From a virus (Duplodnaviria > Caudoviricetes): a stretch of DNA of 43,191 bases. The notes below the pieces were generated by a model. The model worked only from the letters and a program-made list of their open reading frames with translations. It was not told the origin of the DNA and ran no database searches. A program made the position numbers and the translations under genes. Below, piece by piece: positions 25,055 through 34,600 of this stretch (position 1 is the first letter of the stretch; every line of letters begins with the position of its first letter). The stretch spans positions 1-43,191 of IMG/VR virus record IMGVR_UViG_3300034025_000010, one strand, 5' to 3'.

Positions 25055-27435
25055 TGACTACACTTCTATTCCTCGGTACTCCAGCACAGCGTGATGAAGA
25101 TGATCCTGCTAAGTCTTATAATGAAGCAGATTATAAAGTACACCTGAAAGGTCTTGTTGGTACTGCTACAGTATTCACTCTGTTCCATGATGTGACTACA
25201 CTTGCGGAAATTATCTTCTTCTGTAAGAAACGGAATATCACTGGGGTCATTACTACTAATAAGTCCTTGCTTCTGAAACTGCTCACAGCAATGGGGAATC
25301 CGAAAGCTAAAGCTAGTCTTGATGACTATGCTGGTAGCTATTTCCTGCAACAAGGAATTGAATTCGTAATCATTCCTCCACTTAAACAACTAGTAACTGT
25401 GAACTATAGTAAATTCATTACTCGTAGATTCATCAGTAAGCTTACAGAGCCGCAAGTGTGGAATGAAGTACCTGTATTTAATTGGGAGATTCTAAATGCT
25501 AGTAACGCTGATCGTATTTTCAATCTCTATACTACCGCCATTGCTATATCTATTGACATCGAAACCCTTAAAGAATTCCTTCAAATCAAATGTATTGGTT
25601 ACACGGCTCTTTTTCTTGATGTTAATACTGGTAAGTTCACTACTCATAGCTGTGTACTTCCTATTGCAGCAGTAGCCTGTGGTATTAGTGGGGATGAGGC
25701 GATGTATAATCTCACTCTCATGCGGAAGTTTAACTGGCAACTGCAAGCACCGAAGGTATTTCAAAATGGTAAATATGACATATCGTATCTGTCGCGATAC
25801 AATGCTGTACCCTTTAATTACCTTTGGGACACTGCAAATATGTTTCATGCTTGGTACGCAGAGTTACCAAAAGACTTGGCGTTCCTCGGTGCGTTCTTCG
25901 TACGTAAAGCAATGTACTGGAAAGACCTTGCTAATACGTCTGATCTACATGAGTACTACAAATACAATGCTCTTGACACGTGGACTACAATTCTCGTATT
26001 CATAGCATGGATATTAGAATCTCCTGAGTGGGCAAAAAGGAATTATAGATTAGAGTTCCCGTTGGTATTCCCTTGTCACCTGAGTGAAATGACTGGTATT
26101 AAAAGGGATATGGAAATACTGGAAGCTGCGGAAGAAACAGTTAATAATCAGATCGCAGCAGCAGGGAAACAATTAGATGTAATGTTGGGAGTTCCAGCTG
26201 GTCTGACATTCAATACCAACAGTGCACCAATGAATGCAAGACTTCGTAAGGTGCTTGGCTGTGAACACATAGCTAGCAGTGATGAGAAGTCAGTTAAAAA
26301 GATGAGTCTTCTTCATCCACTTAATAGCCGTATCTTCGGAGTGTACGGTAAGATTAAGAAATGGCGCAAGTTATCCTCCACATATCTCACTCCCGGAAAA
26401 GAATTAAATGGCCGAATCCTTTACTCTCTCAATCCGCATGGAACAGATACAAGCAGACTGGCTAGTAGAGAGCATCACTTCTGGTGCGGATTACAAGTGC
26501 AGAACATTCCACGTGGCCCAGAAGTTAAAGTTACACTCATCGCTGATGTTGGATTTAAACTTGCAGAGTGCGATCTTAAGCAAGCTGAAACACGAGACAC
26601 TGCTTACATATCGGGAGATTCTGCGCTTATCGCAGCAATCAACAGCCCCAAGGATTTTCACGCTCTTAATGCAGCAGCATTCTTTGGTGTGGCTTACGAA
26701 CTTATCTTTGATGATGCCACTGGAAAGACTCTTGATAAAGCATTACGCGATCTCAGTAAACGGACCAATCACGGTGCTAACTATCTCATGGGTTGGTCAG
26801 TTCTGATTGATACTATGGGAGAAGAAAAGGTATGGGAAGCGAAAAGACTTCTGTGTCTTCCAAGAAGTTACACACTGAGACAAGTTGCTGAGCATTTGCT
26901 TATTGTATTTCATCAGACTTATCCAACACTTGGCAGTATCTATTATCCAGCAGTAGTGCATGAAGTAGAAACTACTAGTATGCTTGTATCCCATACTAAC
27001 ATTCAGACTCCAGAAGTATATGGCATTGAACCTGTATGGCCAGCAAATTGGGAACTGGAACCAGCAGTAGGTTGGACTAGATATTGTTTCGGTCATCCTA
27101 GTAAAAACAAGTTAGACAAAAATGCGTACGTAGCCCATGTATCACAATCCCTTAACGCACAAGTACTTAATAAAGCATACCTCCGAGTGTTCTATGAGAT
27201 AGCAATGAATCCGAAGTATCAGCCATACTTTAAATTGTGTGCGCAGATTCATGATAGTATTCTCTTTCAGTTCGCTGATGGTCATGAGTATCTGTGTGAC
27301 ATGGTTGCAAAGCTTATGGAAGTTCCAGTAATAATAGATTCGTATGATGGTGTGCGTAGAAAGTTTGCAGTACCAGCTGATATTAAAGCAGGCAAGAAAG
27401 GTACTGGCGCACTTAGATGGTCCGAGACAGAATAG
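25051..27435 (+). CDS. polA: Family A DNA polymerase with 3'-5' exonuclease and a degenerate N-terminal UDG-like domain
   Basis: Exonuclease motifs IDIET, QNGKYD, YNALD; GT.TSRLAS, QNIP; motif A DLKQAETR, motif B R...KRTNHGANY, motif C QIHDS. Confidence 0.95.
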   Translation: MMTTLLFLGTPAQRDEDDPAKSYNEADYKVHLKGLVGTATVFTLFHDVTTLAEIIFFCKKRNITGVITTNKSLLLKLLTAMGNPKAKASLDDYAGSYFLQQGIEFVIIPPLKQLVTVNYSKFITRRFISKLTEPQVWNEVPVFNWEILNASNADRIFNLYTTAIAISIDIETLKEFLQIKCIGYTALFLDVNTGKFTTHSCVLPIAAVACGISGDEAMYNLTLMRKFNWQLQAPKVFQNGKYDISYLSRYNAVPFNYLWDTANMFHAWYAELPKDLAFLGAFFVRKAMYWKDLANTSDLHEYYKYNALDTWTTILVFIAWILESPEWAKRNYRLEFPLVFPCHLSEMTGIKRDMEILEAAEETVNNQIAAAGKQLDVMLGVPAGLTFNTNSAPMNARLRKVLGCEHIASSDEKSVKKMSLLHPLNSRIFGVYGKIKKWRKLSSTYLTPGKELNGRILYSLNPHGTDTSRLASREHHFWCGLQVQNIPRGPEVKVTLIADVGFKLAECDLKQAETRDTAYISGDSALIAAINSPKDFHALNAAAFFGVAYELIFDDATGKTLDKALRDLSKRTNHGANYLMGWSVLIDTMGEEKVWEAKRLLCLPRSYTLRQVAEHLLIVFHQTYPTLGSIYYPAVVHEVETTSMLVSHTNIQTPEVYGIEPVWPANWELEPAVGWTRYCFGHPSKNKLDKNAYVAHVSQSLNAQVLNKAYLRVFYEIAMNPKYQPYFKLCAQIHDSILFQFADGHEYLCDMVAKLMEVPVIIDSYDGVRRKFAVPADIKAGKKGTGALRWSETE

Positions 27436-27453
27436 TAGTAACAAACTAAGGGG

Positions 27454-27822
27454 ATGGAAATGAAACGAAGAATAGGTTACTTAGCCCAGCCTGATGGATT
27501 CGCTGATATTACAGTGCCTCCTGCAATGCTTGCGGAATTTAAAGTATTAGTATCTCGTGCTACAAGTACTTGGCAAGATATGAGTCCTGATATGCGGGAC
27601 TTTGCAGATAGAGTATTAGGAAGGGAACATGTAGTAGGTAGTAATATGAAAGAAGGATTCCAAGGTGAGCCTCCGAAAGAATGGAAATTAGCTACTCGTT
27701 CTTGCTGTGGTACTCTTCTTCGTGAACCACATCTTGCTAGTTGTGCTGAATTATCTAAGCCTCCTTACAAATGTCCTGAGTGTCGTACTGTTCCTTGTTC
27801 TTGCACATTTAAACATTACTAG
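27454..27822 (+). CDS. Hypothetical protein with a Cys-rich C-terminus (Zn finger-like)
   Basis: CC...H...C...CPEC....CSC. Confidence 0.65.
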   Translation: MEMKRRIGYLAQPDGFADITVPPAMLAEFKVLVSRATSTWQDMSPDMRDFADRVLGREHVVGSNMKEGFQGEPPKEWKLATRSCCGTLLREPHLASCAELSKPPYKCPECRTVPCSCTFKHY

Positions 27823-27831
27823 GAAACACTT

Positions 27832-29091
27832 ATGGAACAAGGAGATAGTTTCTTAACCCAATATCTCCACTACGTAGGTGACACTGAAGCTCCCACATTC
27901 TATCATCGGTGGGCAGCAATTAGTGCAGTAGGTGCTTACTTAGGGAGACAGTATTCTTTCCCTCTCGGCCATGCGCAACTCTATACCAATATGTACATCA
28001 TGCTTATTGGTGAGCCGGGTTCTAGAAAGAGTACTGCAATTAAAATAGCAAAGAAGATTATTACAGCAGCAGGATACAATACCATCAGTGCCGATAAATC
28101 CAGTAAAGAAAAGTTCATGCTTGATCTTGCTGGGGAAGGTGATGACAATGAAGGTAAGACTGTTGATGAAATACTCGATACTAACCTGTGGGGAAATGAG
28201 GAAGATGATGGACAGCCTGCTGAAATGTACATTGCCTGCGATGAGTTCAATGACTTTATTGGCTTGGGCAATATGGAATTTATTTCTTTGCTCGGTAATA
28301 TGTGGGACTACAATGGCGTATTCAAGAACAGAATCAAAACTGGTAAAAGTGTGGCTATTAATAATCCTACTGTTAGCATTCTTGGTGGGAATACGTCCAC
28401 ATCTTTTGCTAATGCTTTTCCCCCTGATACATTAGGACAAGGGTTTTTCTCTCGCTTACTTCTGATTCACGGTGAAAGTACTGGTAGACTTATTACTTTT
28501 CCTGAAATGCCAAGTGTTGCTGATACTTCCCATATCATTAGAGAACTTCAGCGTATTAAACTTACTGCCCGCGGTGAAGCTAAACTTACTGCAGGTGGCA
28601 GATACTTACTGGATAAGATTTATAAATCCACTAAGCGAATGGAAGATACACGGTTTGTTTCTTATTCCAATCGCCGCTTCACACATCTGTTAAAACTGTG
28701 TCTCATTATTAGCGCATCTCATTACAGCACAGTAATTACGGAGGAACATATAGTAGAAGCAAATACTCTTCTTACTCACACTGAACATCTGATGCCCAAA
28801 GCATTAGGTCAATTTGGTAAAGCTAAGAACAGTGATATTACCCATAAGATTATGAGCATACTTGCTAATGCTGAAAGACCACTGCAAGTAAAAGACATAT
28901 GGGAGTTTGTTCATAATGATATGGATAAGATGAATGATCTAGTAGATGTAATTAGAAACCTCATTGGAGCTAATAAGGTGTTGGCAATCAATGGTGGGTA
29001 TCTCAGTAAGACAGTAGTAATTGAAGAAGTCAATAATGACATGCTTGATTATAGTTATTTAACCAATGAAGAAAGAGGGATGAAAAAATGA
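27832..29091 (+). CDS. DUF3987/YfjI-like AAA+ ATPase, putative replicative helicase
   Basis: NMYIMLIGEPGSRKST, Walker B IACDEF, VSILGGNT, GFFSRLL; probable C-terminal winged helix. Confidence 0.85.
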   Translation: MEQGDSFLTQYLHYVGDTEAPTFYHRWAAISAVGAYLGRQYSFPLGHAQLYTNMYIMLIGEPGSRKSTAIKIAKKIITAAGYNTISADKSSKEKFMLDLAGEGDDNEGKTVDEILDTNLWGNEEDDGQPAEMYIACDEFNDFIGLGNMEFISLLGNMWDYNGVFKNRIKTGKSVAINNPTVSILGGNTSTSFANAFPPDTLGQGFFSRLLLIHGESTGRLITFPEMPSVADTSHIIRELQRIKLTARGEAKLTAGGRYLLDKIYKSTKRMEDTRFVSYSNRRFTHLLKLCLIISASHYSTVITEEHIVEANTLLTHTEHLMPKALGQFGKAKNSDITHKIMSILANAERPLQVKDIWEFVHNDMDKMNDLVDVIRNLIGANKVLAINGGYLSKTVVIEEVNNDMLDYSYLTNEERGMKK

Positions 29092-29504
29092 AACTAGCTC
29101 CTATTTATAATACAAACGTATATCAAACTTTAGCTAGTCGCACTGCTAAAGATATGGGAACAAAAGACTTGAATCTTATTCACGCAGCTATGGGTCTTGC
29201 TAGTGATGCAGGTGAATTTGTAGATGCAATTAAAAAACATACTATTTACGGTAAACCTCTTGATTACAATAATGCAGTAGAAGAGCTTGGTGACGTATTG
29301 TGGTTTGTAGCTCTTGCATGTGATACACTTGGTATTAGTATGGGATGTGTTATGAGGGAGAACATTGATAAACTAACTAAAAGATACCCAGAGAAGTATA
29401 CTGATACAGCTGCAATTGCAAGAGCTGATAAGAAAGAAGATTCTGCATCTACAGTTGATCCAGTATTCTCTGCTGACTTTCCTCGTACTGACGGAGAACC
29501 CTAA
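29088..29504 (+). CDS. MazG-like nucleotide pyrophosphohydrolase
   Basis: GLASDAGEFVD.IKK...EELGDVLWFVA...NIDKL.KRYP. Confidence 0.92.
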   Translation: MKLAPIYNTNVYQTLASRTAKDMGTKDLNLIHAAMGLASDAGEFVDAIKKHTIYGKPLDYNNAVEELGDVLWFVALACDTLGISMGCVMRENIDKLTKRYPEKYTDTAAIARADKKEDSASTVDPVFSADFPRTDGEP

Positions 29505-29506
29505 TC

Positions 29507-30076
29507 ATGAACACACATCATGTAATGCTTGATCTAGAAACTCTTGGTAAGAAACCCGGCTGTCCAATAGTTAGCATTGGTGCTACTACCTTTCTTACTC
29601 GTACTCCTAAATTCTTCTATCAAGTAATTCAACTTGGTCAAGCTAGAATGAATCCACCTAACCCTGACACAATGGCTTGGTGGGCTAAACAAAGTGATGA
29701 GGCAAGAGCAGAAGTATTTGATAACCCAAATGCTATTCATATCTCTGATGCACTACAAGATTTTGTAGATTGGTTAGTTGATCTTAAAACTTCTCCTGAA
29801 GACCGCATAGTAATCTGGGGTAAAGGTGCTACGTTTGATGAACCAATCTTACTAGAAGCACTGCGCCGATATGATGTTACTTCTCCTTGGACTTTCAGGG
29901 ATTCTATGTGTTTCAGAACTCTAGCAGATATTGGTAACATGTTTGGAGTAAATGAACCAGAGCGTATCGGTACTAAACACAATGCACTCCACGATGCAGA
30001 ACATCAAGCACAGTGGGCAGAAGAAATCTTTAAAGTTCTCTATCCCGGAAAGATATTTTATGAACCGAATATTTGA
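29507..30076 (+). CDS. DEDDh 3'-5' exonuclease (Rv2179c/DUF5051-like)
   Basis: MLDLETLG, T.AWW.KQ, WGKGATFD, HNALHDA.HQA. Confidence 0.9.
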   Translation: MNTHHVMLDLETLGKKPGCPIVSIGATTFLTRTPKFFYQVIQLGQARMNPPNPDTMAWWAKQSDEARAEVFDNPNAIHISDALQDFVDWLVDLKTSPEDRIVIWGKGATFDEPILLEALRRYDVTSPWTFRDSMCFRTLADIGNMFGVNEPERIGTKHNALHDAEHQAQWAEEIFKVLYPGKIFYEPNI

Positions 30077-30200
30077 AACAGCAGCAGAGATTGGTTGTCT
30101 AGGTCCATACCTTAATACTCTAGCAGCTAGACGTGGACAATCAGATAGTGCTAGAGAACAATGGCAGATTAATAGAAGACTTGGTAGGAGTATCCCATGA
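30060..30200 (+). CDS. Small hypothetical protein (46 aa)
   Basis: Internal ATG at 30060 of the track ORF; fills the intergenic gap. Confidence 0.45.
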   Translation: MNRIFETAAEIGCLGPYLNTLAARRGQSDSAREQWQINRRLGRSIP

Positions 30201-30478
30201 GCCACTGGTATCATTTAAACATCTGGCCTGATGAACTTATTAATCTCAATCGTGAAACTGTACATCATCCTAAGTTGATGGAACGACTTGCTAATCATCC
30301 GTCAGATCAATGGGAAGTTAAGATCACGGAAATTGCTAACTACTGTGAAGTGATTGTAGATGGTGATTACGTGCCGGAACAGATGGTTCAACTTGCAGGA
30401 ATATTGCATAAGAAGTTGATTGAGAGAAGGGAGGATAACAGAGGGTTGATAGTGATAACAAGTAGTACATTGCAGTAA
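30197..30478 (+). CDS. Hypothetical protein (93 aa)
   Basis: AGGAG RBS, ORF track. Confidence 0.7.
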   Translation: MSHWYHLNIWPDELINLNRETVHHPKLMERLANHPSDQWEVKITEIANYCEVIVDGDYVPEQMVQLAGILHKKLIERREDNRGLIVITSSTLQ

Positions 30479-30489
30479 GGGGAATTAAA

Positions 30490-30843
30490 ATGACAGTTAA
30501 CTATACGAGAGAATATAATATGAACATGAATCCTAAACAAGTAAGCAACGGTGAAACCCCACAACGTACTGTAGCTCCACAAGATTTGCCGCGTCTCGTA
30601 GCAGTAGATATTGAAGAATCAATTATCAAAGAACAGTATCATCATTTCGAAGGTACTACAATGACTGTTTGTTGTCTCACACTTCGCAATGGTTTTCATG
30701 TAACTGGTGAGAGTGCATGTATTCATCCAGTTGATTTTAATGCTGAACTTGGTCGTAAGTACGCAAAAGATATGGCGTTTAAAAAAGCATTTGATCATGA
30801 AGCTTACATGCTTAAACAACGTATGTTCGTATTTGGTAAATAA
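30490..30843 (+). CDS. N4 Gp49/Sf6 Gp66-family protein (candidate cyclic-nucleotide sponge)
   Basis: T.TVC.LTLRNGF.VTGESAC..P.DFNAELGRKYA...A......EAY.L family signature. Confidence 0.88.
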   Translation: MTVNYTREYNMNMNPKQVSNGETPQRTVAPQDLPRLVAVDIEESIIKEQYHHFEGTTMTVCCLTLRNGFHVTGESACIHPVDFNAELGRKYAKDMAFKKAFDHEAYMLKQRMFVFGK

Positions 30844-30853
30844 CCTGAAAAAG

Positions 30854-30894
30854 AAAATCCCCACACTTCAATTAAGAGGTAGTGGGGATTTTTT
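30854..30894. terminator. Bidirectional rho-independent terminator between the convergent arms
   Basis: AAAATCCCCAC...GTGGGGATTTTTT with A and T tracts on both sides. Confidence 0.85.
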
Positions 30895-30908
30895 ACGTCT
30901 ACTAATTA

Positions 30909-31661
30909 TTACATTTCTTTAGATGTAAAACTCTTACCTGTAACAGCTCCAATACAATTCACTGCTTCCGTAGTAACAGCATTACCCTCCATTATAAAAC
31001 TAGCACCTATCGCAATTTGAATGCTGGGTTGATCTGTATTAGCAGCTGTAGTAAAATTACACCACATCACAGTATCAGATACATTCTGAATAAACAGATA
31101 TCTTCTAACAGCATTCGCAGCCATAATTTGTTGACTAGTCCCACCAGTAGTAATAGTACCTGAGCGATTAGTAAATGTACCTTTGGAAGCAATAGTTGCA
31201 GTGCCAGCTGTAGTACCTACTTGTCTATCCCAACTAGTACCATTAAATACCATACTATACCCTCTAGTACTTAGTGCATTAATAGTTGCATTAGCTGCAG
31301 TATCAACGCCAGCAGCAATTACACCTACAGGTGTTACAGAGTCAGGAAACATCAACTGCATCATCTGACTTCCACGAGTACCAAACTGAATAGCTGCTTG
31401 CTGTCCATTGGTAAGAGTTGGAAGAGTAGTATTATATATTCCACCTTCCAAAGATGAATCAGCAGCAGCAGTTCCGCCAGTTTTAGATCCACTAGTAGTT
31501 ACAGGAGCAGCAGTTCCAAGAGTCTTCACTTGTCCAGTAGCATCAACTGCTACATTGGTATAAACTCCCGGAGATATTTCCCCTCGAATTACAGGATTAC
31601 CTTGTGCTAGCACTGCCATACACATTGTTGCCAGCAGCATTCCAATAAATGACTTCTTCAT
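30909..31661 (-). CDS. Fibre-like late protein with a predicted Sec signal peptide
   Basis: MKKSFIGMLLATMCMAVLA|QG; Thr/Gly/Ala-rich; C-terminal AAN..RRYLFIQN.S beta-sandwich. Confidence 0.6.
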   Translation of the reverse strand: MKKSFIGMLLATMCMAVLAQGNPVIRGEISPGVYTNVAVDATGQVKTLGTAAPVTTSGSKTGGTAAADSSLEGGIYNTTLPTLTNGQQAAIQFGTRGSQMMQLMFPDSVTPVGVIAAGVDTAANATINALSTRGYSMVFNGTSWDRQVGTTAGTATIASKGTFTNRSGTITTGGTSQQIMAANAVRRYLFIQNVSDTVMWCNFTTAANTDQPSIQIAIGASFIMEGNAVTTEAVNCIGAVTGKSFTSKEM

Positions 31662-31664
31662 ATT

Positions 31665-34600
31665 TTATTCCCCTTCCTGTGATTGAACATCCATTTGTTG
31701 TGATTCTTCTTGATTCTGCGTGTTACCAATTCCACTAGTCACTTCATTCCTACCTCCCATGAGTACTTGCATCTTTTGATTGAATGGATTCTGAAGTTGT
31801 TGCAGTATCTTCTCGCTCTGTGCAGTATTAGAACTTTGATACGCACCCAGCATGAACTTATTAAACTGCGCCTGCTTACCTCCAGTAGCTGCATACGCTT
31901 CAGAGAACTTATCAAGACTTTCCATATCAACTTCTTGTCCCTGAATTCCGGTAGTCTTAATTGTCTCTAATAATTTATCTCTGCTTCTTTTTCGTGCAGC
32001 TTCATAACTAGCTATCCGATACATACCATCATTAACAATAGCTTCATCTAAAGGTCTACCTCCTGCAAGTCTACTCAGTGTAGCAAAAGAAAGAAAATCA
32101 TTAGAGCCAATAATACTTCCCTTATTGCTTGTGCTGAACACCACACCGTTACCTGTAGTTGCTTGTAACGTTTGTGCCAAGCCTGCCAACGGTCTTGAGA
32201 TTCCATTATGTTCTACTCCCTGAAGTATGCTCTCCCAGACATTACCTCCCCCATTGATCTTACCTGCAGTTTCATACAGACTTCCAAATAGTTTACTATA
32301 CGCAGAGACTATTGGGATGTTCTCAATCTGATTAGGAATGATTGTAAGAGTACGAGGATTAATATCTCCGCGAGAATACAAGTTAGTTTGAATAATGTTT
32401 GAAGGTATTCCATACATCAGGAAGTCACCAGCAGTCTTACCAGCGATCCCGTATGTAGCATCGTAAAGATCCGTATGGTTTTTATTACCAGATAGGTTCC
32501 CTACTATATGCGTATTAATTGCATTGAACGCAGGAAGTCCATTAAGCCCATACATAGTTCCCTGAAGTCCAAGCAACATTGCTGCATCTTTACCAGTACC
32601 TTCTCCTACATAACGGAACAACTGTTGCATAAGATTGAATTGGTAAGATTGAAATAATCCTACTGCTTGACCAATTGGACCTTGAAACATTACTGGTCTT
32701 TGGCTAGCAATAGTATTTCCTTCCACCCGATTTACAAAAGTATTTCGGTATGCTTTAGATTCTGCTGGTGTAAGTAATCCAAGAGCTTCAGCTGCATCTG
32801 TCTTTTGGCGCATGACATCCGCAGAAATAAAACGATTGAACTGTTCAAAGAATTTATTCCCTGTGTACTTCTCACCAGCGACAAGGGCATTGTCAGTAAG
32901 TTGTTTAGCTCTGTTGAAACCACTAGCAATTCTCCTATCAATGTCACTTACAGATTCTGTACCTCGCAATGTGAAGTCATCTAGCATATCTCTGAATTGA
33001 TTAAGTGTATCTTTAACCAATCCTTCTTTCTGATACTGTGCTAGCAATGCGCCATCGGTATCATTAAAAAAGTTTCTAATTGCGTTACTCACAAGCTTAG
33101 TACTAGACTGCACTGATTCTTCTGGCACTCCGGGAATTCCAATACGCTGCTGTTTCGCTAATGCACCTGCTACATCAGTATTACCATTTGCAATGGCTCT
33201 ATCAATATTCTTAAGTTCCGTGAACCTCAGAATATTTGCACCAACTGCATTGTTAATACCATTCAATGGATCAAGCATCAGTGTGAACTTTGCAAGGATC
33301 GCATTGGATGATCTTATAAACTTACTCAATACTGCTTTCGGTGCAGTGTGATTAATAAGAGCATCAGCAGCTGCACTGTTATAGGCACTATTAATTCCAT
33401 GCGATTCCAAGATATTATTAATTCCTGCAAGATCAGCTGGACTCTTAGCTCCTGCAAACATCTTAGCAACACTTCCATATACTACACTAACCGCACGATC
33501 TAGTTCTTTATTGGCACTGTACAGCAATGTGTACTCACTAGCCTTGGATACATCTAGTGCTGTCTTCGTGTAATCAGTATATGGATTCTTACCGAATTTC
33601 TCTACATTACTTAGTGCATTACCATACCGACTAGATTCCACACTGGAGAATTGTTTACCTTGATCTTCCAACCAATCAAATGCTGGTTGATATTTCATAC
33701 GTACTAATTCCACAGCAGTTACATCATCTGCTCTAGTGTGATACCTAAGAATGTCATCAACTATCTTTTGCGGATCAGTCTTAGTAAAGAACTGAGAATT
33801 AATACCTTTACTCTTGAGTTCACTATCAATATAATTTTCATGCAAAGTGCGGCTATACTCAAACTCACCACGAGCTTTGTAATACTCCTCAGCTTGATCT
33901 TTATAAATTACTTTATACCCTTTATCCGTAGGAACCTTATCTACTAGTGCGCGCAATTCAGCTTCAGTATTTGCATGTATCATACTGGTATGACCAGCAC
34001 CTGTGATCTTCTGATCTTTAACAAATGCGAAGAATGGATAGTCATCAGGATTTGGGCGCAGTGGTCTAAAGATATCTACTTCTTTAAAGTCTTCCTTACC
34101 AAGTGCACTGTTAATTTCTTTACGTGTTGCTACCCGTGAACCTTCACGATCTATGTGTGCACGAATAGTATCAAAGGTTTCTTGATTCTTAACTTCTATA
34201 AATTCCTGTGCACCTTTTTGCAAGGTAGGTACTGGTACATTCTCTGCACCTTCTTCAATCGCACGATGATAATCACGTATCTTCTTACTGATCAACGCAT
34301 TCTGTACACCACTGTAACCAGCAGTATCAACTACATACTGTTCAGTAGTAGCAGCAATACGATTGTTGATGATATCAAATTCAATGGCTGCTTCTCTTTT
34401 GGAACCCATTGCTACTAGTGGTCCCTCAAATGCAGCAGCAGTAGCCTTGCGATATGCTTCCTTAAGAGGACGTGTAACATTAGCTCCTACTTGCTGCATG
34501 TAAGAGCCAAGAGAGCCATAGGAACCATTAGCAAAACTTACTAGTCCTGCTCCACCATCAGTAAGATTAGCATTCAGAAGCACACTATCAGTAACAGGAA

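Noticed and set aside
23776-29504. Modified-base (e.g. 2-aminoadenine) genome pathway suggested by MazG, DUF6378 and the unusual PolA
   Set aside because: No PurZ, DatZ, thymidylate-synthase-like, Que-pathway or glycosyltransferase gene is recognisable.
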